This document shows, one piece after another, positions 56,051 to 64,000 of a stretch of DNA of 64,000 bases. Where the stretch lies: assembly GCA_963719505.1 (NCBI GenBank), contig CAVRCF010000001.1:352001-416000 (forward strand), read 5' to 3'. The DNA comes from Halobacteriovoraceae bacterium (GTDB lineage Bacteria; Bdellovibrionota; Bacteriovoracia; Bacteriovoracales; Bacteriovoracaceae). The number at the start of each line of letters is the position of its first letter. Position 1 is the stretch's first letter. The position numbers and the translations under genes were made by a program. The notes under the pieces were generated by a model. It had not been told where the DNA came from and made no database searches. It was given only the letters and a program-made list of their open reading frames with translations.

Positions 56051-56367
56051 AAGCTTTCCATGCCCACCTCTATTACACAGAAGACACCCTCGATGTAGCT
56101 TTGAAAATTATCGAAAAAGCCAAAGACCTTGACTATGTGGATGTTGGTACAGCTCATAGAAAGCCTGTTGGGCCCCACCCGTTATGGAGCTGTCAGTTTC
56201 TTTTTCGTCGTAAAGACTTAGATCAAATGATCCCATGGCTTTTAAATAACCATGAGGGACTAACCTATTTTATCCATGGCTTAAGCGGTGATGACCTTAA
56301 AGATCACACCGACTATGTTATGTGGATAGGTAAAAGCTATGCTCTAAACTTGTCTATTTTTGAATAA
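56047..56367 (+). CDS. DOPA 4,5-dioxygenase family protein
   Basis: FHAHLYY, PVGPHP, WLLNNH, DHT..VMWIG. Confidence 0.88.
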   Translation: MKAFHAHLYYTEDTLDVALKIIEKAKDLDYVDVGTAHRKPVGPHPLWSCQFLFRRKDLDQMIPWLLNNHEGLTYFIHGLSGDDLKDHTDYVMWIGKSYALNLSIFE

Positions 56368-57219
56368 TTCAACAGCACCTTTATTAAAGTCCAACGTTCT
56401 AATAGGAAATGGTATAGAAATTCCATTATTGTCGTAAGCCTTTTTAAGCTTTTTAATGGCATCGTGTTTAGCTTGCAAGTAAGAGGCGTTGTTAGGATAG
56501 TCTATCCAAAACCTTGCATTGAGATTTATTGAACTGTCTCCGAATTCTTCGAAATAGACTTCAACATCACTTCCAATAATATTTTTAGTTGATTTAAGAG
56601 CTTCTCTTGTAACATCTTCAACTTTGTCGAGATCATCAGAATAACTTACACCGACGTTGAGGATCATTTTTCTTTTTGGAATTGTTGTGTAGTTAATAAA
56701 TGGCTTTGTGAACATATCTTTATTGGGAATGATCACATCCAAACCTTCTATGTCTATTATTTTAGTGACGCGCAAGTTGATCTCAGTTACCTGTCCAAAA
56801 AAATCTTCGATTTTAATGGTATCGCCAATACTATAAGGTTTCCTAAAAGCAATAAGCACTCCAGAAACAAAGTTTGCAGCGATTTCTTGAAAGGCGAAAC
56901 CTAAAGCAAGTCCTATAACTCCGGCACCTGCTAAGATTGAGGCTACTGTTTTTTCAAGGTTGAGAATTTCAAGCGATATAAAAAAGCCGATGATAAATAT
57001 AGAAACCGACAGCATGGAGCTCAATAGGTTTGAGATAACTTGGTTTTTAGTGAGCTTCATAAATGGTTTGTAAGATAGCTTTTTGACCATCTTTGCAACA
57101 AACAGAAAAACAAAAAGAACAACAACACCGACAAGGATATTAGGTATACTTTTAACAATTACTTCGTACCAAGTAATTACTTTATCTGTTAATAAACTCA
57201 CTGGGCTTTTTGCATCCAT
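56344..57219 (-). CDS. mscS: Small-conductance mechanosensitive channel
   Basis: AGAGVIGLALGFAFQ, NFVSG, IPN, FGDSSIN, ISIPFP. Confidence 0.93.
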   Translation of the reverse strand: MDAKSPVSLLTDKVITWYEVIVKSIPNILVGVVVLFVFLFVAKMVKKLSYKPFMKLTKNQVISNLLSSMLSVSIFIIGFFISLEILNLEKTVASILAGAGVIGLALGFAFQEIAANFVSGVLIAFRKPYSIGDTIKIEDFFGQVTEINLRVTKIIDIEGLDVIIPNKDMFTKPFINYTTIPKRKMILNVGVSYSDDLDKVEDVTREALKSTKNIIGSDVEVYFEEFGDSSINLNARFWIDYPNNASYLQAKHDAIKKLKKAYDNNGISIPFPIRTLDFNKGAVELFKNRQV

Positions 57220-57228
57220 TGCTTTCTC

Positions 57229-57972
57229 CTAAAAAAATATCTTAAAATCTTTAATATTAGCTTTTTTCCATTCGCCTTGCACTTTTAAGTCTAGGGCAAA
57301 TTCATCATTATGGGCACCCTCTTTCAAAAGAAGTTCTGAGCACAGGTGTCTAATGACGGATTTATTTGGGTCTATCGTTTTAATCTTGTAGGTCGACTCT
57401 ATATGATTTTTAATAAGGGGATAATGAGTGCATCCTAAAATTAAACCATCGTACTTTTCAAAATCAATGGCCTTAAGCTCTTCATCAATCTCTTTCTGTA
57501 TAGATTCAAAAGGCTTATTTAAAAGCCTCTCAACCACCAAGGCCAATCCCTTTAGTGGATAGATATCAACCCTACCTTCGGGGTCATGCGTCTGTTTTAG
57601 GTAGGAGAATCTTTTTGATCTGAATGTTGAAGTTGTAAGGATAAGAGCGAGTCTTTTTGATTCACTGTGATTGAGGTAGTTAATATAGGGCTCAATACCT
57701 ACAAACTTCATTTCAAACTCTGCTCTTAATTGGTTGATGGTCTCAACTGTTGCCGTATTGCAGGCAATGACAATGGCATTGACATGAGCTTCCATTAGCT
57801 TTTTGACCATCAGTCTCAATCTGACCAGAATGAAGTCCTGCCCTTTTTCGCCGTATGGCACATTGTCATTATCACTTATATAAAAGTATTCAGCGGCTAA
57901 GTTTGAATCGATTAGGTCTTTTAAAATAGAGAATCCACCGATACCTGAATCTAAAATTCCGATTTTTTTCAT
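57229..57972 (-). CDS. murI: Glutamate racemase
   Basis: IGILDSGIGG, PYGEK, ACNTA, LGCTHYP. Confidence 0.95.
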   Translation of the reverse strand: MKKIGILDSGIGGFSILKDLIDSNLAAEYFYISDNDNVPYGEKGQDFILVRLRLMVKKLMEAHVNAIVIACNTATVETINQLRAEFEMKFVGIEPYINYLNHSESKRLALILTTSTFRSKRFSYLKQTHDPEGRVDIYPLKGLALVVERLLNKPFESIQKEIDEELKAIDFEKYDGLILGCTHYPLIKNHIESTYKIKTIDPNKSVIRHLCSELLLKEGAHNDEFALDLKVQGEWKKANIKDFKIFF

Positions 57973-58101
57973 GACATATAATATTTTGCCGAGAACCCTT
58001 TTACAACTCTAACTTATTAAAATTATTAAAAGAAATTTCAGAAAACAATTAAGCTCTTGATATTCTGTTGATTATGGCTTAAAAATATCTCTCAACTAAA
58101 C

Positions 58102-58165
<64 letters not shown>

Positions 58166-58178
<13 letters not shown>

Positions 58179-59134
58179 CTTTTATTCCACTTCTTGTCAT
58201 TTCTAATTGCTTTAAAAAGAAAGTCTATCAGGTAGATATGCCGACGCATTGTTCGATCATAGCGGTGTTTCTTAACAGGATTAAACAGCCCAAAAAGGGA
58301 AAAGATCTGAATGGGATTTTTCTTCACCCAAGCCCAAGACCCAAGTTCTAAAGTAACGGGAATAAAAGTATTTTTGCTAAACTGTGATTTTGAGTGGAGC
58401 TCCAGAGCATAGTCCCATAAGTCGCCATGAGTAGTGTAGGTCAACGACTGGGCTTCAATTTTATAGACGTGATGAGAGTAGGTCTCCTCGAAAATTTTTG
58501 CAAGATTTAAAAACTGCTGTAAAAAAGAAAAAGGCTTTTTAGATTTTGCATAAGGGTACCAAAGTTGGTCGCGAAGGCCAAAGCCGGAGTGAAAATCGAG
58601 TGCAATTGAGCATTGAGATGCAAACATATACTTTTGAACAAAGTCTAAAAGAATTGAGGACTCAACTTCCATCTCAGAGTTCTTTTTACCGCGATACCAT
58701 GGAAGCTTATTAGATATCCGATGACCGCCGACGAGAAATGTAGCTCTCCCCTCAGCATCAATAGGTGCATTTCTCATTAAGTCGACACCATTGATATTAC
58801 TTCGGCTAAAGTTTATTAAACCCCAAGGGTTAACCATTGGAATGCAGACAATACGCGTCGTTTTCAAATGATCGACAAAGTCTAAGTCCCACTCAAGCCT
58901 CGCTTCTAGGATTTGAAGAAACGAAATTAATACCTGACTACCAATCTTCTCTAACCCATGAACACCGCCAAATAGACCTAGCGTAGGATGGGATGGCTCT
59001 TTTGATCCAATAACGAGTCCATGAATCGGTAGTTTATCCGGTCCTATAGAGCCAAGAACTTCAATCTCAACGAGTTCACTATGTGCTTTTTGAAATTGTT
59101 TTAATATTTCGACTTCGGCGTTTAGATTTTTCAT
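58166..59134 (-). CDS. M14-family zinc carboxypeptidase
   Basis: GGVHGLE (HxxE), NINGVDLMRN, LDFHSG, TLELG. Confidence 0.87.
59040..59053. repeat. Isolated copy of the 14-bp palindrome
   Basis: GGTCCTATAGAGCC, exact reverse complement of the 22275 copy. Confidence 0.7.
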
Positions 59135-59176
59135 ATACTACTCATACACTAACCTGGTTCCTATAAGCAATATGGT

Positions 59177-60553
59177 ATGGTAAAATTGAGGCTTATGTCA
59201 GAAGTAACTACAAACAAGAAAGTCTATATATTCTTATGTATCCTTTTCACCATTAACGCTTTGATGGGTGGGTTTGTTGAGCTCTCCTATGACGAAGCTT
59301 ACTACTGGATTTATTCCCAATTTTTGTCTTTTGGATATTTTGATCATCCACCTATGGTTGCTGTTTTTATAAAGCTGGGTACACTTTTTTTTAACAATGA
59401 GTTTGGCGTAAGACTCTTTTTTAATATTGCCTCAGTGGTTACCCTTTATACTCTTTGGACTATGACCAATAAAAAGAGGCCATTTGTTTTCATGATGCTT
59501 TGTTGTGCGCTTCCCCTTATCCAATCCGCTGGGTTTTTAGCACTGCCTGACACCCCACTTTTACTTTTTTCGGTCTTATTTATAAAGCAAACTTACAGAT
59601 ATCTGGAAAAGGATTCTTTTGCCAACTCCATGCTTTTGGCCCTTTCAATAGCATTAATGTTCTATAGTAAGTATCACGGGCTTTTGATTGTGCTTTTAAC
59701 AGTCGCCGCTATTCCGAAGGTTATAAAAAGAAAAAGTTTCTGGATGGTGGTTTTGACGACAGTCGTTCTCTATATGCCTCATATGTACTGGCAGTATTTA
59801 AATGACTTTATTAGTTTTAAATTTCACTTAACGGGAAGAGATGAAAAGCATTTCGAGATTGCAAATATTCTCAACTACCTCACCAGTCAGGTAGGACTCT
59901 TTGGTATTTTCATTTTCTTCACTTTTCTTTTTCACATAAAGAAATTTAACTTAAAAGATGAACATCAGAGAATTCTTCTTTTTAACGTATGTGGCTTTTT
60001 AGGACTTTTGTTTTTTATCTCATTTAGAAATCAAATTGAGGCAAATTGGACGGTTTCCGCTTGTGCATGCTTCATTCTGTTAATGCATACTCTTTTTGAT
60101 AAAATGAATTCCTCTCTAAGAAAAGTGGCGATCTTATCAGCTCTATCCATTGTGATCATTCTAAGCCTAAGGGTAATAATCTTACTTCCTGATTCTTTTT
60201 ATAAAGAAGAACAAATTGGTAGACTCAATGAAATTAAATTTTGGAAAAAGAGAATTGAAAGAATTGAAGCGGTAACAAAGGGTTACCCTCTTGTCGCTGA
60301 GACTTATCAATATGGTGCTAAGGTTTCTTTTGAGATGAAAAAAATAATACCCGTTCGACACTTTAGAGGAAGAGACTCTCATTATTCAATTTTGAATCTT
60401 ACTGAAGACATGAACAAAACGGAACCGATTTTCTATATGACGCCAAAAAAGCAGGTAAACGCTATTAAGATAGAGACAGGTTATAAAGATCCCATCTATA
60501 TTATAGAAACAACTCTCGAAGAACTTGAACAAAGGTATCCTCAAGATGAATAG
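59177..60553 (+). CDS. ArnT/GT39-like membrane glycosyltransferase
   Basis: DEAYYW, GYFDHPPM, ALPDTP, SKYHG; many TMs. Confidence 0.88.
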   Translation: MVKLRLMSEVTTNKKVYIFLCILFTINALMGGFVELSYDEAYYWIYSQFLSFGYFDHPPMVAVFIKLGTLFFNNEFGVRLFFNIASVVTLYTLWTMTNKKRPFVFMMLCCALPLIQSAGFLALPDTPLLLFSVLFIKQTYRYLEKDSFANSMLLALSIALMFYSKYHGLLIVLLTVAAIPKVIKRKSFWMVVLTTVVLYMPHMYWQYLNDFISFKFHLTGRDEKHFEIANILNYLTSQVGLFGIFIFFTFLFHIKKFNLKDEHQRILLFNVCGFLGLLFFISFRNQIEANWTVSACACFILLMHTLFDKMNSSLRKVAILSALSIVIILSLRVIILLPDSFYKEEQIGRLNEIKFWKKRIERIEAVTKGYPLVAETYQYGAKVSFEMKKIIPVRHFRGRDSHYSILNLTEDMNKTEPIFYMTPKKQVNAIKIETGYKDPIYIIETTLEELEQRYPQDE

Positions 60554-61289
60554 ATTTTTTGAAAAAGATATAAATGATGACTTTAGAAGAGCGATTTTGA
60601 CTCAGAATGCTCTTTTGACTTTTCTCTTTGCTCTCAGTCTTTTTTCGGCGATTGCTGAACAAAAGATATTCAATTTTTCATACTTTATTGAGCTCATTTT
60701 TCTGGTTTGGGGAAGCGTTTTTTATTTTAAAGCCCAAAGAAATAGAAACTATGCCTACTGGACAATTAGTCTAGGTGTCTTCATCTACCTTTTACTAGAT
60801 ATCCTTCATTACACTTTCGTCGCTGGAAATATGTTTATTCTTTACTTAGCTTTTCTCGCACTTATTTTTCTTATTTTAAATTGTTACACAATGTCCTCGC
60901 CTCTGTTTTATCCAAGAGTTCAGTGGTGGGAATATGACTATCACTTTCGCGGTGATTTAAAAGCTTTGATTAGGTTTGAGGGTTCAGTTATGAAAGCCAG
61001 ACTGACCGACTATAGGAGATATAGCGCTTGTGTCGAGTGCTTTGACTTCATTCCTCTCGATAGCGATGTTTTTTTAGAGGTGGACTTTGATAACAAAAAC
61101 TTTCTTTTAAAAGGAAAGGTAAAGACTTATAAAGGAATTATTGCGGGTAGGCCTTTCAGATATGGAGTAAAATTCACCTTTGACGATGTTATTACCAAGG
61201 ATGTTTATTTAAAATTGTTGAAGATTTGGAAAAATAATAAACAAGTAAAACTGAGAAAGAAGTTTAATAAAAATGATATCCAGCAGTAA
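60546..61289 (+). CDS. Four-TM protein with C-terminal PilZ-like domain
   Basis: N-terminal TMs, YPRVQWWE, LTD..., RYGVKF PilZ-like barrel; degenerate c-di-GMP motifs. Confidence 0.55.
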   Translation: MNRFFEKDINDDFRRAILTQNALLTFLFALSLFSAIAEQKIFNFSYFIELIFLVWGSVFYFKAQRNRNYAYWTISLGVFIYLLLDILHYTFVAGNMFILYLAFLALIFLILNCYTMSSPLFYPRVQWWEYDYHFRGDLKALIRFEGSVMKARLTDYRRYSACVECFDFIPLDSDVFLEVDFDNKNFLLKGKVKTYKGIIAGRPFRYGVKFTFDDVITKDVYLKLLKIWKNNKQVKLRKKFNKNDIQQ

Positions 61290-61746
61290 AATAGACTTTT
61301 ATTTTGAAATAGCTTTAAGGCTCGCTAAAGATGCGGCCTTTAAAGATGAAGTTCCTGTGGGTGCTCTCATTATTTCTCCCTCTGGAGAAATTCTGGCCGA
61401 AGCCTTCAACTTAAAAGAAACAAGAAATGATCCAACGGCACATGCCGAAATTTTGGCCATCCAAAAAGCTGCAGAGTCTCTTGGATCTTGGAGGCTTATT
61501 GATTGCACGATGATTGTTACTTTAGAGCCATGCCCAATGTGTCTAAGTGCCATTGCGCAATCGAGAATAAAATCATTATATTTTGGCGCGTACGATAAAA
61601 AGGGTGGAGCCCTTAGCCTTGGTTACAATCATGCCACCGACGAGCGTCTCAATCATAAATTTAACCTCTACGGTGGTTTTAAGCATATTGAGTGTGCCTC
61701 TATCCTATCAAACTTTTTTAAAGCAAAACGAAAGAACTATCGTTAG
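61273..61746 (+). CDS. tadA: tRNA adenosine(34) deaminase
   Basis: [34 protein letters not shown]. Confidence 0.93.
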   Translation: MISSSKIDFYFEIALRLAKDAAFKDEVPVGALIISPSGEILAEAFNLKETRNDPTAHAEILAIQKAAESLGSWRLIDCTMIVTLEPCPMCLSAIAQSRIKSLYFGAYDKKGGALSLGYNHATDERLNHKFNLYGGFKHIECASILSNFFKAKRKNYR

Positions 61747-61781
61747 ACTTCTTAGAAAAAATAAAATATCCTTTTTGGCAC

Positions 61782-61871
61782 GGAGAATTGGTCGAGTGGT
61801 CGAAGACGCATGCTTGGAAAGCATGTAAGGGGGCAACTCCTTCGAGGGTTCGAATCCCTTGTTCTCCGCCA
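61782..61871 (+). tRNA. tRNA-Ser(GGA)
   Basis: GGAGAAT/GTTCTCC acceptor stem, CATGC-TTGGAAA-GCATG anticodon arm, long variable arm, CCA. Confidence 0.95.
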
Positions 61872-62127
61872 TTTTTTAATCACTTACAACTCCGCTTGCA
61901 CTCATTTTTTCATTCAAAAATATTAAGTACGCAGATTGTACGCAGTTTTAACAAGCTAGAGTTATTAATTATAAATAAACACTAATGTTTCTTAAGATAA
62001 GGTAGCAACCTTCAAGTGTCTGTAATTGTGTTTGCTCCTGATAGGAAACCAGCTACACTAGCCTTTTAATAGTAGCTTCTAAACTTCTGGTATATGTATC
62101 TAATCTAAATATTAAAAAGGTTAAAGT

Positions 62128-62412
62128 GTGAGTATAAAACAGCAACTTCTAGTACCAATAAAGAAAAATCTATTTGACGATTTTTTCTTAAATAGATTGG
62201 ATCAGAAAGTGATCGATGATCTCTATAAAAGACTTTCAAACGATGACCAAAGGTTCATAAACCTCATATTGAGACGCTTAAGATTAGCTGATAATTTGTT
62301 TAACACGGATGCATCTACTCCTGATAAACTGAAAAAAAGAAAAGCGATGGAGATTAAGCATTATTTTGACGAATCAGCTAAAAATAAGCCAGTACATATC
62401 ACTTATGTTTGA
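62128..62412 (+). CDS. Hypothetical protein
   Basis: 94-aa ORF, GTG start with AAGG upstream; no recognised motif. Confidence 0.5.
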   Translation: MSIKQQLLVPIKKNLFDDFFLNRLDQKVIDDLYKRLSNDDQRFINLILRRLRLADNLFNTDASTPDKLKKRKAMEIKHYFDESAKNKPVHITYV

Positions 62413-62538
62413 GCAATAAGCCGTCTAACAAGCTCAAGAATACTTTTTGGGACAGGAAGCAGTAGTAATACTTAAGCTGCTTCGTGTTGTGACCATTTTT
62501 ACCATATATTTAAAACTACGATGAATGGTTAAAATAGT

Positions 62539-63510
62539 GTGATGAAGATCAACTTTAAATTTATTTCTATCTTGTTTATGCTTTCTATATTTTTGTCGTG
62601 TGGTCAAAATTCTCCTAGTGAAGAAATGGAGCAGTTCTCACTTGCTAAAAAAGAGTTGAACTCAAGAAACTATAGTAAAGCTAATGAGCTTTTAATTAGT
62701 CTAACCACTCAGCATCCAAATAATAAGAAGTATAAACAGCTATTAGCAGATAGCTATCTGGGTTTGGGAGGGTTTGAGTTATATAAATTCTTGTTCTCTA
62801 TCGAAAAACTAACAGAACGCTCTTTTAAGACTGAAGACATTTTAAAGGAATTGAAAAGCTTTGTTGCAGGGTTTATTAGTATTACGAATGTAAAAAAAGA
62901 GAACCTATCCCAAGCTTTAAATATTTATAATCAGCTAGATATTAATGAAGAGTCATCAAAAGAAGAAAAGCTCAAAAAAGGCCTCGTTCATATATTTTTA
63001 CTAACTCAATCTTTAAAGGACTTAGTAATGAAAATAGAGGATATGGTAGAAGATAACAAAACTAGCGACTTAGAAGCTTTTTATAAAAAATTTGTATATA
63101 AATACATAGTACATATTGATGAAATGATTTTTCACTCATTCAGTGCTTATAGTAACTTTAAAAACTCGTTTGCTGAAGTCTTAAAGCTTTTATCTGAGAT
63201 TGACAGAGCAATGAAAGATGTTTTTGGAACTCCATATAATGAAATAAGAGAAGAGTTTAACGATATGAACATTGAAAAATTCGCTGTGTTATTTATCAAA
63301 TATAACCCAGAAATATACAAAGAAGTTATGCTGAGACTGTTTAATACATGTAATAAAGTTACAGTGTTAAAAAAAATTAGTATTTTAGAAAGAACGATAA
63401 TCTCAGACTATAATAACCATAGCTTCAAAAATCATGCATATAGAATGATTAAGACAGTTAAAGAATATGTTAACAACCATGATGAAAATATATGCAATAA
63501 TTACCTTTAG
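62539..63510 (+). CDS. Helical lipoprotein with a TPR-like N-terminal segment
   Basis: FLSC lipobox; NYSKANELL...LADSYLGLGG. Confidence 0.7.
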   Translation: MMKINFKFISILFMLSIFLSCGQNSPSEEMEQFSLAKKELNSRNYSKANELLISLTTQHPNNKKYKQLLADSYLGLGGFELYKFLFSIEKLTERSFKTEDILKELKSFVAGFISITNVKKENLSQALNIYNQLDINEESSKEEKLKKGLVHIFLLTQSLKDLVMKIEDMVEDNKTSDLEAFYKKFVYKYIVHIDEMIFHSFSAYSNFKNSFAEVLKLLSEIDRAMKDVFGTPYNEIREEFNDMNIEKFAVLFIKYNPEIYKEVMLRLFNTCNKVTVLKKISILERTIISDYNNHSFKNHAYRMIKTVKEYVNNHDENICNNYL

Positions 63511-64000
63511 TTTAATCATTACCTCAACGGTAAAAGCAAGTAACCTTAACTTTATTAAATTGTCAGCTTTAAGAAACCAGCATGAATTTATAAAGCATAA
63601 CGGAGGTAGTACCTCTTTATATGTTAATTCTAGTCAACGCTTCATAGACCTTTATGATTCTGTGCAGTCTGACGATATAAGTGAAATTGGGCAAGAGATA
63701 GAGAGTGCATATAATCACCCATATAAGACTGAATTGTTTTTAGCTCAGAGAATACGTTACCAGAAATACATATTTGAAGTGTCTGCATTTGAGTCTATTG
63801 TCGCTACAATTAATAATCCTGTTTTTCCAGAACTTGAACTTTTTAGTGTTCGATCAGATACATTTGGAGTCCAACGAAGTTTTGAACTAGATAAAGTAAA
63901 ATTAATTACAAAGTTATCAATTTCTAATAGATGGTACATTGATGAACAGTTTTCTCTTGAAGAAATAGTTCAGGATGAAGTTGAGGTCGATCTTAATAAC
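63482..64000 (+). CDS. Exported protein, partial (not in ORF track); possible beta-barrel
   Basis: Frame open from ATG 63482 (MKIYAIITFSLIITSTVKA signal peptide) to the window end. Confidence 0.7.
   Translation, partial: MKIYAIITFSLIITSTVKASNLNFIKLSALRNQHEFIKHNGGSTSLYVNSSQRFIDLYDSVQSDDISEIGQEIESAYNHPYKTELFLAQRIRYQKYIFEVSAFESIVATINNPVFPELELFSVRSDTFGVQRSFELDKVKLITKLSISNRWYIDEQFSLEEIVQDEVEVDLNN

Noticed and set aside
61788-61985. 65-aa [16 protein letters not shown]
   Set aside because: It is the translation of tRNA-Ser(GGA)
62041-62485. Short hairpins near 62051-62077 and 62456-62484 as ncRNA or riboswitch
   Set aside because: No recognisable family motif; weak stems are common in AT-rich intergenic DNA
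63757-63939. 60-aa minus-strand ORF
   Set aside because: Antisense to a longer plus-strand frame with a signal peptide (63482 to window end)

Overview
AT-rich bacterial chromosomal origin region. Gene order and protein style suggest Bdellovibrionota, probably Bacteriovoracia (inference). Left of oriC, mostly on the minus strand: radA(partial), ligA, an amino-acid symporter, an OMP, an HTH protein, the F1+b/b' part of the ATP synthase operon, bactofilin, parB, parA, rsmG, mnmG, mnmE, yidC, rnpA and rpmH, with four parS sites. oriC lies between dnaA and dnaN. Right of it: dnaN, recF, gyrB, gyrA, a TPR lipoprotein, atpZ/I/B/E, then pdxA, surA, a parvulin PPIase and mfd, a seven-gene membrane cluster, a GYF-TPR protein, serS, four tRNAs and accessory genes. 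Main unexplained signals: (1) a second, non-parS 14-bp palindrome (GGYYCTATAGRRCC family, about 10 copies). It clusters as an in-frame insertion in mnmE and downstream of atpC, and a RacA-like HTH/coiled-coil gene nearby is a candidate binder. (2) An intact but extremely diverged nuoA-H-J-K-L-M-N-like membrane-arm operon with no hydrophilic subunits, coupled to the GYF-TPR gene. Frameshifts in atpAGD and dnaN-gyrA look like mixed-allele consensus artefacts.
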